DNA of 59,543 nt, filler included, from Trypethelium eluteriae (lineage: Eukaryota), in the NCBI GenBank assembly GCA_051942245.1. It is 3 parts of 3 records of this genome, joined end to end, with 100 filler letters (N's around TTAATTAATTAA, not from the genome) between each part and the next. Parts side by side here need not be neighbours in the genome. Positions count along the whole stretch, not along the records: positions 19,931 to 39,706 come from JAVECL010000517.1; positions 39,807 to 59,543 come from JAVECL010000518.1; 1 more part is not named here. The stretch is one strand, 5' to 3'. Below are positions 32,429 through 44,915 of this stretch, one piece after another. Below the pieces are notes generated by a model. It was not told the origin of the DNA and made no database searches. It saw nothing but the letters and a program-made list of their open reading frames with translations. The position numbers and the translations under genes are program-made. Every line of letters starts with the position of its first letter. The first letter of the stretch is position 1.

Positions 32429-35103
32429 GTTAACGACTGATATGGAACAAAGAAATTTTTGTGAGGGTTTCGAAACATAATAAATACTGGGAGTTTACAA
32501 ACCTTTCAACAGTTTCCACGCGAGCCTGAACCTCTGGCCAGCAATCTTCTCGAGCGGCTAACCTATCGGACGGCGGCCTGACATGAGGATCGCCGTTTCG
32601 CTTGCAGCCTTGCACAAGCGATGGACCCTACATCGGACGTAAAAGGCATTAGTATACTCTATTTAGCCCCCGCTAGGTTCAGTCCCGCTGAATCCTTTAC
32701 GATTGATGAGAAGTTCGCCCAGATTACGGTAGCTAGGTGGCACCGTGGGTCCGCGTAGCATCGTGGCAGAGCTGTCCCTGTAATTTTAGGCTCCGAGCGA
32801 GCAGGTCTGTGTCCTACGCCATCGTAAAGTCTCCAAGTCTTCTGTATTTTTTCCTCTATCATCATTCAAATCGCAGGGCGTTTGAAGGACAGATCGCAAG
32901 AGTTCCTGAAATTTAGTTCACATGCAGGATCAACTATAACCACGATTGTCCAGTGCGATCAGCCGAAGTCGGAGAATGCCAACCTGAGATTTGCAGTATA
33001 TAGGTATCTAAGGCCCGGTGCCTGATGCGGCTCATCTGGCGAGATGACGGGTGGCCGGCTCCTCAGCCATAAGCAAGACGCGAGAGAAAGGGGACCAACA
33101 TTCCATTATGGTAGTGCATCGAAGTAGGGGTCAACACTGGGTATGTCTAAATTAGGTTGGGGTGGAGATTAAGCTGAGCGTGATGCGGTCATTCAGTTGG
33201 TTACACGTGATCTATGCTCATCCTTCCAAGAGATACCTTAGGGACTGATGTTTCACCATATATCCTTCTAGCTAGGCCAGGGACCATTCGGCCCCCGGAT
33301 CTGCGCTTCATTCTACTAGGCACCGTAAGGTATTCTTTATGCAAGCACTGAAGGCTCCTTTCAGATTCCGGTCAACGTTGTCTTAATTAGCCACTCACTC
33401 TTGTTGCATCCTTTTCTTTCCTTTTCTTCGTGCTACTGTACTGTACCAACAACGAGCGTGACGTAGTCCACAGCCCAACATTAGCAAGATATCCTACGTG
33501 ATCGAGCTCAAGGGTCCTACGTAAAGATGACCCGGCATTGCCGTGGATTCGGATCTAATCCTCAAGGATTTGAAGATGAAGAGTTTGTCTGGATAAGACG
33601 TATCACGAAGTTTCATACTAAGCTCACTATTGCATCATGTTCATGACAAGACTTGGAAGCGCCTTGAGAAAAAATGCTTGCTTATGTCGGCGTGGTCCTG
33701 ACGTTCTGCCGCTCGTGCGTCTCGTCCCGTAGAGCCTCACGTTCCGTCAACCCTTGTGAGACTCTCGGCTCAGTGCTGCGAACTGCGTTTGGATCACCAG
33801 CCAATGGAGTCCAATGCGAGATGAAGTTCTGGTTTTCTGGTTGACTATGTTGATCATCCAGGCGCCAAGGAAGCGGTGGAAGCCGTTGCGGCTGAACTTA
33901 CGTACTTCGTAACTGCGGCTTTTCGGTGCTCTCGATTGAAGTATCCTATTTCAATGCATGAAACTTACTTCGCGTTGGAGTGACTATGTATCGGGATGGC
34001 CGCTCGGCTTCTTGAGGAAGGTCGCATTGACTTCTAGTAGACAGCTCAAGCAAAGTTCTGATTTTCAGTTTGCAGCCTCGTTCTTCAGGAGGCCTGTGCA
34101 ATTCCATGCAAACATCATACACCAGCACGGTCGCAATTGTAAATCATTGACTTGTCGCCCTACTCACTGCCGACGAGGAAAGACCTCGTTATTCTCACCA
34201 GTGGCAGCGATCGCTACTGTGGCTGATACATGTTCCATCGTTCTCTTTTTGGTGACACTGGTGATGACGTGGGCAAAGTAATCACCAAATGGGATGTCGC
34301 GCTGAAATTTTTTACGGCCTACAATGCAAGGTCGCTCACCATCCAGCTCACATAATTTCTTCCCATAATCACATCAACTCGTCTACCGTCGTAGAGTCAA
34401 TAAAAATGGACTAGATTTTGGTCGCGCCCTTGAATGTTACCTTATGTCCGATCATCTGATCAAGGCTTGGTGGATCAAAACATTCCACCGACCTCCATCC
34501 CTCCCTCTTATTCCCCGAAGCGAACGTACATCGGACCTGCAAAGATCGAGGGACTTGGCCCTTAATAAAGGCATGAAAAGGTCGTAAAGTCAAGATGTAT
34601 AAAGTGCGTTGGGATGTTTCTACACTTTAAACTTTACTCTCCACAATCTCATCGCTGAGGAGTCCACCATACCTCTCTTGTGGCGATTGGCGTTCAAGAA
34701 TAACTGAAACTATTAGTACGCTTCCCAGACATACAGCTGTAGGAAACTGCTATCATCTCCTCAAGATTGACTCTACATAGTGGGTCTCCAATGCAGCATT
34801 TACTACCAAAATCGACGACCAAGGTAAGAAAAGCCATCCCGGGATAGAACAGACAAAATCTAAGAAGACATAGGGTCCAGAAAGAGTTTCCCGTGAAACT
34901 CGACTGAAGTCATTGGGGGACCGAGATCCTGTGGAGTTCTGCTGAGCCGTTATCCAAGGCCAAACTGCGCGCCTTGCTCTTGGCTGCTGTCCCAACCACG
35001 GCATCAAGATCAATGCTCGTCCACACTCCTTGTAGGCTTTCTCTGGACTCTTTACAGAAACAATCAATAATCTTTCATACAAAATGGCTCACACCCCAAT
35101 TCC

Positions 35104-36522
35104 TCAACGCATCCGTACGATCAACTTTCCTTTGGCCCCAGTCGTCAATGTAGCTCCTGTCCCTGCGATCCTGCCCTGACTTGCCACAAACAAAGCCAAA
35201 TAGATATGCTTGATGACTTCTGGCCAACAAAATACTGTCACGGTCCCCAGCTCATCGCGAATTGTATTCTCATTGGCGTATTTGTCGTGCTCTCGGAAAA
35301 AGGTGATATTCCATCCCAAGCGTCCATCCTTCCCGTGGTCCTGCAGCCATTGCCAAAACTCTAACTGCACTTTGGCAGACCACGCTGATGTATTCACCGT
35401 CCATTTCGCGCGTTCATACGGACCAAGTTCTCGAACTTGTTCCACTGGTTGATATGCGGTCGCTAGACTGGAGAGGGTCCCAAGGTGTTTGAGCGTCGTA
35501 GCTTCTTCGGTGAATTGCGAAGGTATGCCCCTTGATGTTCCGGTTGGCGTATTCTCGACGAAGATATTGTATGGTTGAACTCGGAAATCGATTGGGGCCT
35601 GCTCTGATTGTCTCGCAGACTGGATTCGAGATGTGGGCCGGATAGCCTGTTCATCATCGGGACCGGCCTTGGATTCGATCTTGCTATCAGACGTGGTTGA
35701 AGAGTCTTGTTGGAGTTGTTGCTGCTGCTCCTCAGTCTCTCCCAGGGATTGAGCTTCTTCCGGAGCTACCTCCCGGTTTTCGGCCATATTGACTTCGACT
35801 TGACTAAGTGGCTTCCTGGAGAAGATGTGCCCCTTGTCATATAATTCGGGAGCATGGGAATCGTTCTCAGCTATATATTGGGAGATTAGGTTCGATGGCA
35901 AACTTTCATGATCTTGCTCTGATTGTGGACTGCAGCAAACTGAAGTTTGTTCTATTCTTCCTTTCGATGACTCTCTATGGTCCTTCTTTGTTCCATCTGA
36001 AACTCCGATGAACGCAACCCCAAGATTATTTCCCTCACGAATGGCCATGTAGGGAGTTTGGTGATTGCATACATTTGTTTCGTTATTGTGTGGACGCCTT
36101 TCATTGTCTGGGTATCTTTGAGGCGATGACAAACCAGATTGGCCTGAATAAGATACTTTAGAATGGTGCGATTGATGAACGCCATCGCCTTCAAATTCTG
36201 CATGTTCATCCTGTGTGACTGTGTCTGGGTCGTCTCCTAGAAGCTCTTGAAGGGATGATGTCAGTAAGTCTTTCTGGAGCACAGCCACCGCCAGCTGAGT
36301 ATCCTCGATGAAATCCGGCGACTGCTGTTGAGTTGCCTCCTGAGTTGGTTCTGGAGGAGCATGCAGCGCACTTATATTGGTGGGCAAGAAGGAATCGTCT
36401 AAGGGATTGTTTAGAGTGATTAAGTTGACAGACTGGAAGCCTGCATATGCACGCGCTTGAGCCTCATATCGGTCATCGTCCTTTCTTCCACTTGGGGCTC
36501 CAATATGAGCAAGTATCTCCAT
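35104..36522 (-). CDS. Hypothetical protein (ordered N-terminal motif, disordered middle, C-terminal globular domain)
   Basis: 472-aa ORF; MEILAHIGAPSGRKDDDRYEAQARAY and RELGPYERAKW...LGWNI...VFCWPEVIKHIYLALFVAS resemble a Pezizomycotina family of unknown function. Confidence 0.8.
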   Translation of the reverse strand: MEILAHIGAPSGRKDDDRYEAQARAYAGFQSVNLITLNNPLDDSFLPTNISALHAPPEPTQEATQQQSPDFIEDTQLAVAVLQKDLLTSSLQELLGDDPDTVTQDEHAEFEGDGVHQSHHSKVSYSGQSGLSSPQRYPDNERRPHNNETNVCNHQTPYMAIREGNNLGVAFIGVSDGTKKDHRESSKGRIEQTSVCCSPQSEQDHESLPSNLISQYIAENDSHAPELYDKGHIFSRKPLSQVEVNMAENREVAPEEAQSLGETEEQQQQLQQDSSTTSDSKIESKAGPDDEQAIRPTSRIQSARQSEQAPIDFRVQPYNIFVENTPTGTSRGIPSQFTEEATTLKHLGTLSSLATAYQPVEQVRELGPYERAKWTVNTSAWSAKVQLEFWQWLQDHGKDGRLGWNITFFREHDKYANENTIRDELGTVTVFCWPEVIKHIYLALFVASQGRIAGTGATLTTGAKGKLIVRMR

Positions 36523-36882
36523 GTCGAGATCGGACCCTAAGTCTTTTTCTGGGAATACTTTGTACCAGTGCCATCATAGAGGACACCGCAGTGTGGTTCT
36601 CTAGATGATGGCGGGAAACTTGAATTTGAAGCAAGAGCGGTTCCGCAACAGAGCTTCTATGATTTACCGAGTGAGGAGCAATGTCTTAGCTAAGGGTGGA
36701 GATGTGAGCGTGGTGAGGACCGTGAGGTAAGGTAGTGGCTGCCTAGGGTTAGTAGTCTACGCCACTGCACCCAGATCTCGGCTCCGACGCCATACCCACT
36801 TCGCCGATATTCATCCCACCATACAATAATACAATCATTTCTAACGGGAAACCCACTGTGAGACACTGTCTTCGAGCACAGT

Positions 36883-38654
36883 ATGGCTCCAATTTCTCTT
36901 GAATCTATCGTCGGCGCACTGCCAACCACAGACTCATGGGGTCCAACTACCTCCACCGAGACCACACTTAATGGCGTACCGTACGCCCCATTCTCAAAAG
37001 CAGACAAGCTTGGACGCATGGCGGATTGGACTGAAGGAAAGGATAGAGACAGGGCTGGGCGAACGCAATACAACCGCAATTATCGAGGTAGATAAACTTA
37101 CAAGAAAACGGTACAAGTTGAAAAATTAACAATATCATCGCAGACCAGCAAGCCTACGGAGCGGGAGTACCAAATCTCTTTGACGTTGAGAAGAATACCG
37201 ACGAAGCAACTTTTTCCGTAGTCGACAATACACGCACCGTCCGATCCCGAGGCTTTGGCCGCGGAGGTGGAACCGTCTTCAGAGGTCGTGGCCAACGCGG
37301 AGGTACCGCTCAACGTGGTGCTCGTGGCGCATTCCAACGAGTTCAAGGCAGAGGAGCACAACAGCAATACGACTCAAGGAGTGGGCGCGGGGGAAGAGGC
37401 GGGAGGCGGTTTGGATGGAGAGATGACAAGCCTCAGCGGAATCGAGATGCTTCTGTTAACGTCAAGCCCGAATGGACGATGCTTGAGGAAATTGACTTCA
37501 ACCGTCTCTTGAAGCTTAATCTGGAGACAAGTGACGGCGAGGACCTCGACAGCTACGGCTTCCTTTACTACTACGACCGACAATATGATAAGCAGCCCGG
37601 AGCTAAGACTTCCGAAAAGAAGCTTACGGTAGTCGAACGAGCAGCCTACAACGTCACAACTTCCCACGATCCCATCATTAACGAGCTCGCTGAAAAAGAC
37701 GAAGCCACCATCTTCACTACGGACAATATTCTCTCCATGCTTATGTGCTCTCCCCGATCAGTCTACTCATGGGATCTCGTCATTCTCCGTCAGGGCAACA
37801 AAGTCTTCATCGACAAACGCGAAGGCTCCGCCCTCGACATGGTCACCGTCAACGAAAATGCTGCTGACGCTCCTCTTGAAACCTCGGAAGGCAACAAAGA
37901 TTCGATGAACAGCCCGGGCTCCCTCATGCTCGAAGCGACCCACATTAATAATGTCTTCCCCATCCAAGTCGTGACCGAATCCGAGTCCGCCAAGCGCGAG
38001 ATGCCCAACGAGCATCCCTTCTACAACCCTTCGGAAGAGACCGATCCACCCGCCTCCAAAGCCTACAAGTACCGCCGCTTCGACCTCTCCCTCGAGCGCG
38101 ACGAGGAGCCGCTGCACCTCATCGTGCGCACCGAGCTCGACGCTATGGTGAAGAACAACATCTCAGGCGAGGACCAATTCCTAACCATCAAGGCGCTGAA
38201 CGAGTTCGACCCGAAGGCACAGGGGAGTGGCGGCGCGCTCGACTGGCGTGCTAAGCTTGGGTCACAGCGTGGCGCGGTGGTGGCAACCGAGATGAAGAAT
38301 AACAGCTGCAAGCTTGCGCGATGGACGACACAGTCGATTCTGGCCAAGGCTGACCAGATGAAGCTGGGGTTCGTGAGCCGGGCGAATCCTAAGGATAATA
38401 ATCACCATGTCGTCCTGGGGGTGCTGGGCTACAAGCCGAGAGAGTTTGCTGCACAAATGAACCTAAATCTGGCCAATGGATGGGGAATCGTGCGGACGAT
38501 GGCGGACATGTTACTGAGTCGAGGGGAGGGAAAATATGTCCTGGTGAAGGATCCAAATAAGCCGGTGTTGAGGCTGTACGACGTCCCACTGAATACCTTT
38601 GAGGAAGAAGTTGAGGATGGATTACCGGTGCAGGAGGAGGCGGACGAGGAGTAG
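36883..38654 (+). CDS. EIF3D: Translation initiation factor eIF3 subunit D, intron 37088-37143
   Basis: [21 protein letters not shown]-rich linker, [38 protein letters not shown]. Confidence 0.96.
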
Positions 38655-39706
38655 AGGGAAATAGGTTAAATAGACTAGTGTGGAAAGAGAGGACAAGTCT
38701 AAAAATGACCTCTCATGACTCAAGCTCGGCCGAGTACGAGATTTCTAAAACAGCAAGCACTGTCATTAAACGATAGCAAAAGCTTCAGCTCTATGAAAGC
38801 AGTAGCTGAAGCTTTGAATTGAATACATCCCCAGCTATGTTCGCCATCGTTTGATTGTGCAGCTCCATTTTCCTGAAAGTCTCCAACGGAAGTTAATCGA
38901 ACTGAGTGAACGGTTGAGAATCATGTTTCCGCTCTTCCGAAAGCTACAATAGAATCCTACTCGTTATTGACCTCCGGGTTAGTCCAGTGGCAAGCCAGGA
39001 CGTGATATTCCGGGCCACGTATCGGCCAATCTTGCATTACTGGAGACTGTGTAAGCATAGGATGCAGCAGACCTGGAACAATGGGCAAAGGCCGCAAGGG
39101 ATCTGATATGCACGATGCGGCGTCCTAAGTGCCCACGATCGTTGTTTGACCGCCGGCCTAATGATGAAAAGAGGGTTGCTTAGTTAGTATAGGTGTGAAG
39201 TGCTTAGCGCGCAGGAGACATGGACTGGAGAGAAGAATGGCACCTAGTATGGAGTGGAGCCTCACCAGTACGGATGAATAGCAGTATTGAAATATTTTGG
39301 GCGTGAATGTCACAAGAACGAGTAACAGAGACGAATATAGTATGTAATGAATGCGTAGATATTATGAAATACTCATCTCTGAGCGATCGCTAATCACAAG
39401 CCTTCTCCAATGAGGGCATAAAGGAGCGTAGGAAAAGATCCAAGTCTGACATTCCAAAAGTAGTTCAAAGGAACGGACATCAGCAGCACCGATAGCTGCA
39501 TCGTCAGCATCGAAATCGTAGACACCAGTCTTCTCGAGTCATGTCATCGAGAGAAGCCTCCACCACTGACCCGCATTATTCGTATCCCTTTGCATGAGAA
39601 CAGCAGTAGCTCCGGCACTTCCCCAGCCAACCACCACCCTTCTCATTAGCCGCCTTCCCAAGGCCCGTATTACTCCAGCTCGATACTCAGAACCCCTCTC
39701 CCTCTC

Positions 39707-39806
39707 NNNNNNNNNNNNNNNNNNNNNNNNNNNNNNNNNNNNNNNNNNNNTTAATTAATTAANNNNNNNNNNNNNNNNNNNNNNNNNNNNNNNNNNNNNN
39801 NNNNNN
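39707..39806. other. Artificial scaffold spacer (44 N + TTAATTAATTAA + 44 N)
   Basis: Same 100-nt structure as 19831-19930. Confidence 0.97.
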
Positions 39807-40689
39807 GGGCTGGCCGTCTTCGAGGAGGTGCTCGTAGGGGGTGGTGGCTTTGAGGGGGTGGCGGTCGAGGCGGCTGGAGGAGTTGTTGACGAGGATGATG
39901 GTTTGGAGGGAGGGGACGGTCTCGGATTCGAGTTTGGGGCTGTGGAGGTTGGGGACGAGTTGGGTGAGTAGGGGGATGTTGGAGCGGGGGTCTTTGTAGG
40001 GGAGATTGGTCTCGGCGCCGATTATGAGATGGGATGAGGAGAGGTGATTCAATGCAGAAATGACCTGTGGACCATTGAATGCGGGATTTAGGGGAACCTA
40101 GGTCTTCGACATTAGAGTAATACGGGACCACAGATCAAAAGGATGTTACGTACAAGAATAGCTCCAAGTTTGAATAACGCATAAGTTGTCTGATAAGCTT
40201 GAATATTTCGTTCTCTTGAATCTTGGCTTCAAGATGAGTACTGACCGTAGCATATTCGACATTATTTCCCAGGGAGACCGCAACACGATCTCCCTTTTTG
40301 ATTCCCCTTGCTTTCAGTCCCCGAGCAAGTGCATTGCTAGCTGTATCGAGGGCATCATACGTAAGTCGGCTCTTTTGAGCACTCGATATGACCCTTTAGC
40401 CGTAATTAATTAGAAGTACGATCGAGTGTGGCCCGTGGGCACTCTTACGCTAAACGGTCTCCATATTCAGAGACGATAGATGCAAAATGCTGCCCAATAG
40501 TTTGCTCAAGGAGTGGTGGCTACATCATTGGTTACTAATGCTGCAACTCTATCTATTGCATGCAATAATGCACAAGACATTCCGAACCTCTAAAGGCCCT
40601 CTGCTATAAGCCTGGGTTGAGAGAAATCGAGTCAAAGATTTCTTTGATAATACTCGACATGCTGACGTCGGTGAAAGACTTCGGAGCAT
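39807..40689 (-). CDS. AMP-binding acyl-CoA synthetase (ACSF2-like, probably mitochondrial), 5' part; truncated by the gap
   Basis: Spliced product MLRSLSPTSACRVLSKKSLTRFLSTQAYSRGPLE|PPLLEQTIGQHF...LTYDALDTASNALARGL..GIKKGDRVAVSLGNNVEY|..FKLGAIL|VPLNPAF... Confidence 0.85.
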
Positions 40690-41278
40690 TCTGGACCAGC
40701 TGGCCGGACATCTGAGGTGTGACACACAACGACAATTTGACGAATCTAAAGTTGTACAAAGGCTACCTGTACCTTACGGTGATAATTGATTAGCGCCGGG
40801 ATACTGCTTAGGATCGTGGCATCGGGTTTCCAAACGGAGTGATGTGGGGCGACAGGTACGCCGGTACACCAGCCGCAGGTGGAGATGTGGGGCTCGGCTG
40901 ACTTGCTCTTGCTTTTTCCTCTTTCGGGTAGAAAATAATTGATGATTGTTCAGAAGTCAAGATCGAAGCACTGAAGGCTGTAGATAATAATCACAGGAGT
41001 TCCGTATGTTCCTCTTGTTGTTTGCAAAAATTACTTAGAGACTCGTGGCCATCATCCAAGTGAAACAGCGTTACCATAGCCTCCTTCCTATGGAGGGGCC
41101 AAGCTTCAGAAGTCTCGTCCAACCAAAAGCTTATCAGATGCTCACCTGGGGGTCTTCAAAATAAAAAAAGCAATAAAGCACGCTATCGCTAGAAATGACA
41201 TGCAATCAAAGCCGTTCCTGGGCATCTATACATGGGGCACACCCCACTCCATCCCACCCCACGCCCCTGAATGAGGAT

Positions 41279-42762
41279 CTAAAAATCCTCAAATGATCGA
41301 TCATACTTATTAAACATCTGCCCCGTGTATGGTTCGCGCCCCTCAGGCTCTGGATCGTAATCATCGAAATTCCTCGTATCTGCGGGGCCACGCAGATGCG
41401 GGATAATCGGTCCCTTCATGCGGCGATGATAGAGATCATCCCAATTGATCCTGGAGAACCATGGGTGGGCTTTCACGGTTTTCGAGCCGCCCTGAATCTG
41501 ACCAAGCCGTTTGGAGACATCGACCGTGCAGAGCCTGCCAATGATGTCACGAGCATTTTGGGACATCGCTGACGGGTATCTGATTCTGCCCTCTACGATC
41601 CTGGAATTGGGTTAGTAAAGTGTGTTTTTCGATTCGTCTTGGAGGGTATCCTACTGTTCGTAGATTTTCATAGGATTTTGATCCCAGAAAGGAGGTTGTC
41701 CCACGAGAAACTCATAGACTAGAATACCAAACGCCCACCAATCTACCGCTCGTCCGTGTCCGGTGTTACGGATGACTTCGGGCGCGAGGTATTCTGGTGT
41801 ACCACAAAGAGTGTACGTCTCCTGATTGTCAACTTTCTTGGCAAAACCAAAGTCCACCAATTTCAAGTGTCCATCTCCATCGATGAGGATGTTTTCCGGC
41901 TTCAAGTCGCGATATGCGACGCCTTGCGATTCGTGTAGGAACTCCAGTATTAACACGATCTCAGCAGCATAAAATTGTGAGGTTTCTTCGTTAAATCGTC
42001 TCGCTCGTCGAAGATAACTAAATACTTCGCCACCGGGGCAGTAATCGAGCTGGAACGGAATCAGTGAACCGTTCCAGCACCATGTTTTGGGGGGGAGGTA
42101 GACTTACAAGCATATACAGCGAGTCGCGGTCTTGGAAACTTGCGACCATGGTTGTGATGAAAGGATGTCCGGCAACAGCAGCCAGAACGTTGCGCTCATT
42201 ACGAACATGTTCGACTTGCTTGAGTCGGATGACTGTAGAAAGTTTAATTAGCCTCCGCTCAAGAAACTTTAAGTCAACTTGGTAGCGTATAGAAAACCTG
42301 CCATACCATCTACCTTCCGTAGTATCTTGAGCGCGAATACTTTGGAATCATCTTCTTGCTTGGGGTTCGCCAGTCGGGCCAGCCAGACTCTTGCAAACGT
42401 CCCTAGATTCGCAGTTGTCAGCGTTGCGTGTCGCTTTGGACATAGGACTACCATCCGTTGCCCCTCTTCTACTAACCAGTTCCCAGCGTCTTCAATAACT
42501 GAAAGTCTTCACATCTTAAATGTTTCGATGAATGCCCCACGATCTTCCGACTCGGATCGACAGCTATCTCGGCCGGCTCCAAAGGCCGCCTCCCAGCCTC
42601 CCAATCAGCCAGCATGCGCTTCTCCTCCTCCCGTCTACGTGTGCAAAAGTGTTCTTCGTCTTCGCCCTTTCGAGGCTTCTCGTCCTTGGGTGAATTCGAC
42701 GACTTGAGGCTGCCATTGCGGTGGATGTGAGGAAGGAGGTGACTGATTGCGGTAGCGGCCAT
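41279..42762 (-). CDS. cAMP-dependent protein kinase catalytic subunit, second (PkaC2/PkaB/PRKX-like) type; multi-intron
   Basis: LGTGTFARV, ALK, QVEHVRNER, YRDLKPEN, DFGFAK, TLCGTPEYLAPE, C-terminal SFEDF. Confidence 0.93.
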
Positions 42763-43560
42763 GTTGGCAGCTGACACGGGGTTGGGGTTGGTATCGGATA
42801 TCCTAGGGGCTACCACATAATTCTGAGAAGAAAAGAAAGGGTCGTCGAGGTAGGATGGAAAATAAGATTAAGGCGAATGGAATTCTGGAGCGGAATTGGA
42901 TCTCTGGAGGTCAAGTCATGAGGAAGTCGGGCATGCAGTCTGTTGGCAGAGGCAAGTTGTTAGGGTTGGTGCGGCTGCTGGCTTGATGAGCGGATCTAGA
43001 CTGGTGACGATTGTGGCTGGTTCTCGCTCATTAATGCTCCGTGCAGCAACATGTGTTCGCAAACGAGTAAAAGCCGGTTTGGGGCCTCCCCGGCTTACTT
43101 TTTGTATCAAATCGCTCCCTCATAGTCCGGCTGATACGGTGGTATGGTGTCGGGCAATCACCGCGTGTCTAGGCAATTTCAGCTCCGTGAAGTTACTCTT
43201 TGCCTTGCCACTGGGGTCATACGGCCTACGTTCTGCCCTACTTCACCACATGCCGACGTGATTGAGTGATCACACGCGCTTTTGAGTAGATTTGACTGCT
43301 TAAATTTCTAGTGCTACACCTTAGGGCCCGTCTTCATTTCAAACGCCTGACTTATGCGTCCTGGAAGACCCTTGGAGACTGGTGAAGATCCCCTGCTTGA
43401 TTGCCAATACACACACATTCCGCCGGCTATTCTTACATTAAAGAATTTAAACTAGGTACATTAAAGTACACATGCTCCGACCGAAAAAAGGATCTGACTC
43501 TATTTGTGTCGATACATTATCATACATGGTACAGGGAAGCGATTTTTCGGTGAACAAGAC

Positions 43561-44376
43561 TCAACCTCTGCTCTTGGTATTCAAAATTAATGCGACGATA
43601 AGTCTGCGCATCTGTTAGTGTGAAATGAGGAATAGAAGAATAAGCGGACTTGCCCATATAGACCCAACACCTCACCAAAAATGAGAATGAGCACCATGCC
43701 TACAAATATTCTTGATTGTTGCATGTACGCTCTCACACCCTGTTTCTCAGTCAGTCCTATCTTGTGCTTTCAACCACATATCACAAAAGCATACCGAGTC
43801 TCCAACGATACCGATGGCGTAGCCTGCTGCTAGACCTGTCGCACCTACTGAAAGGCCACTTGCAAGATGCATGAACCCCCTGAACAGACTATAGTTCTCC
43901 CCCGGTGGAGGTGCCATATCTCCTGCTATTAAAACTGCTATTACGAGCGCATAGACAGCAATGATACCGGACATTACGACGGGGATGAGTGACTTTGCAG
44001 ATGTCAGTTCGAGCTTCCGACGCAGTAGTCAACGACGATGCGCACCTTCATAATGAGATCAGATCTGAAGGTGCCCACACCAGAGATACCAATCCCAGCT
44101 TTAGCCGTCCCGTATGCTGCTCCCACACCTGCGGACTGATTTTCAGCACCTGAACCTCCACACATCTGGGTGCCTTTGTGACTTACATCCGAAGATCATC
44201 TAGACAAAAGACTCGTCAGTGCTTTGTTAGCCCGATGTAGTAAAATAGGTAGACTCACGGCGAAAGCGATGCCAGCCTACATAAAACAGTTAGCTCAAAT
44301 AGATCCCTGGAGACGGAGGAGAACACACCATGCCGAAGAATGGAGCACTTCGGGGCGTGAGATCATTCTCAGCCAT
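43561..44376 (-). CDS. VMA11: V-ATPase proteolipid subunit c', many short exons
   Basis: [73 protein letters not shown]. Confidence 0.9.
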
Positions 44377-44915
44377 CTCGTAGGTTTGGGCAGAGTTCTT
44401 TTGGATGTTGACTTGTAGAATGAGGACAGCAGCCTGGTCAGTGGTGTTAGAGCTTAAGTGGAGGCATCTCTAGATCTGTTCCAAGTCCCGGCGGAGGGTC
44501 CGGCGTAAAAGTCACGTGTTACCCAGATTTCCAGTTACACTTGAAGGTTCCATGGCACCAGTGACCCTTCAAAGGGCGAAACAACTTTCTGCTTTTCCCA
44601 TTCAAACGACGCTGGCGAAGCAGTTGTCAATACACTGTTTGCGGATGTTTCCTGTTGTTCTCACCCGCCGAGCAAACCACCGTATTACCCACGAATGAAA
44701 ATCACCCGTTCATCGCATGTGAGCGACATTCTTCATCGGCTGTCATTTCAACGAATGACATAGCCGATTCGAATTTCACGACCGTCTTCTTCCACCTAGC
44801 ATTTAAGCTTCTTCACCAGGCCTCCAACATAGTTACACACCTAGCCACAGCAAATACCAGGCATCAACGAATGCTCTACTCTCGCGACGTTATCTCTATC
44901 GGTAGATAGGCCTAC

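Noticed and set aside
33500..34300. Possible degraded gene in the long intergenic region
   Set aside because: Only short open stretches with no recognisable family; cannot be supported without a search.
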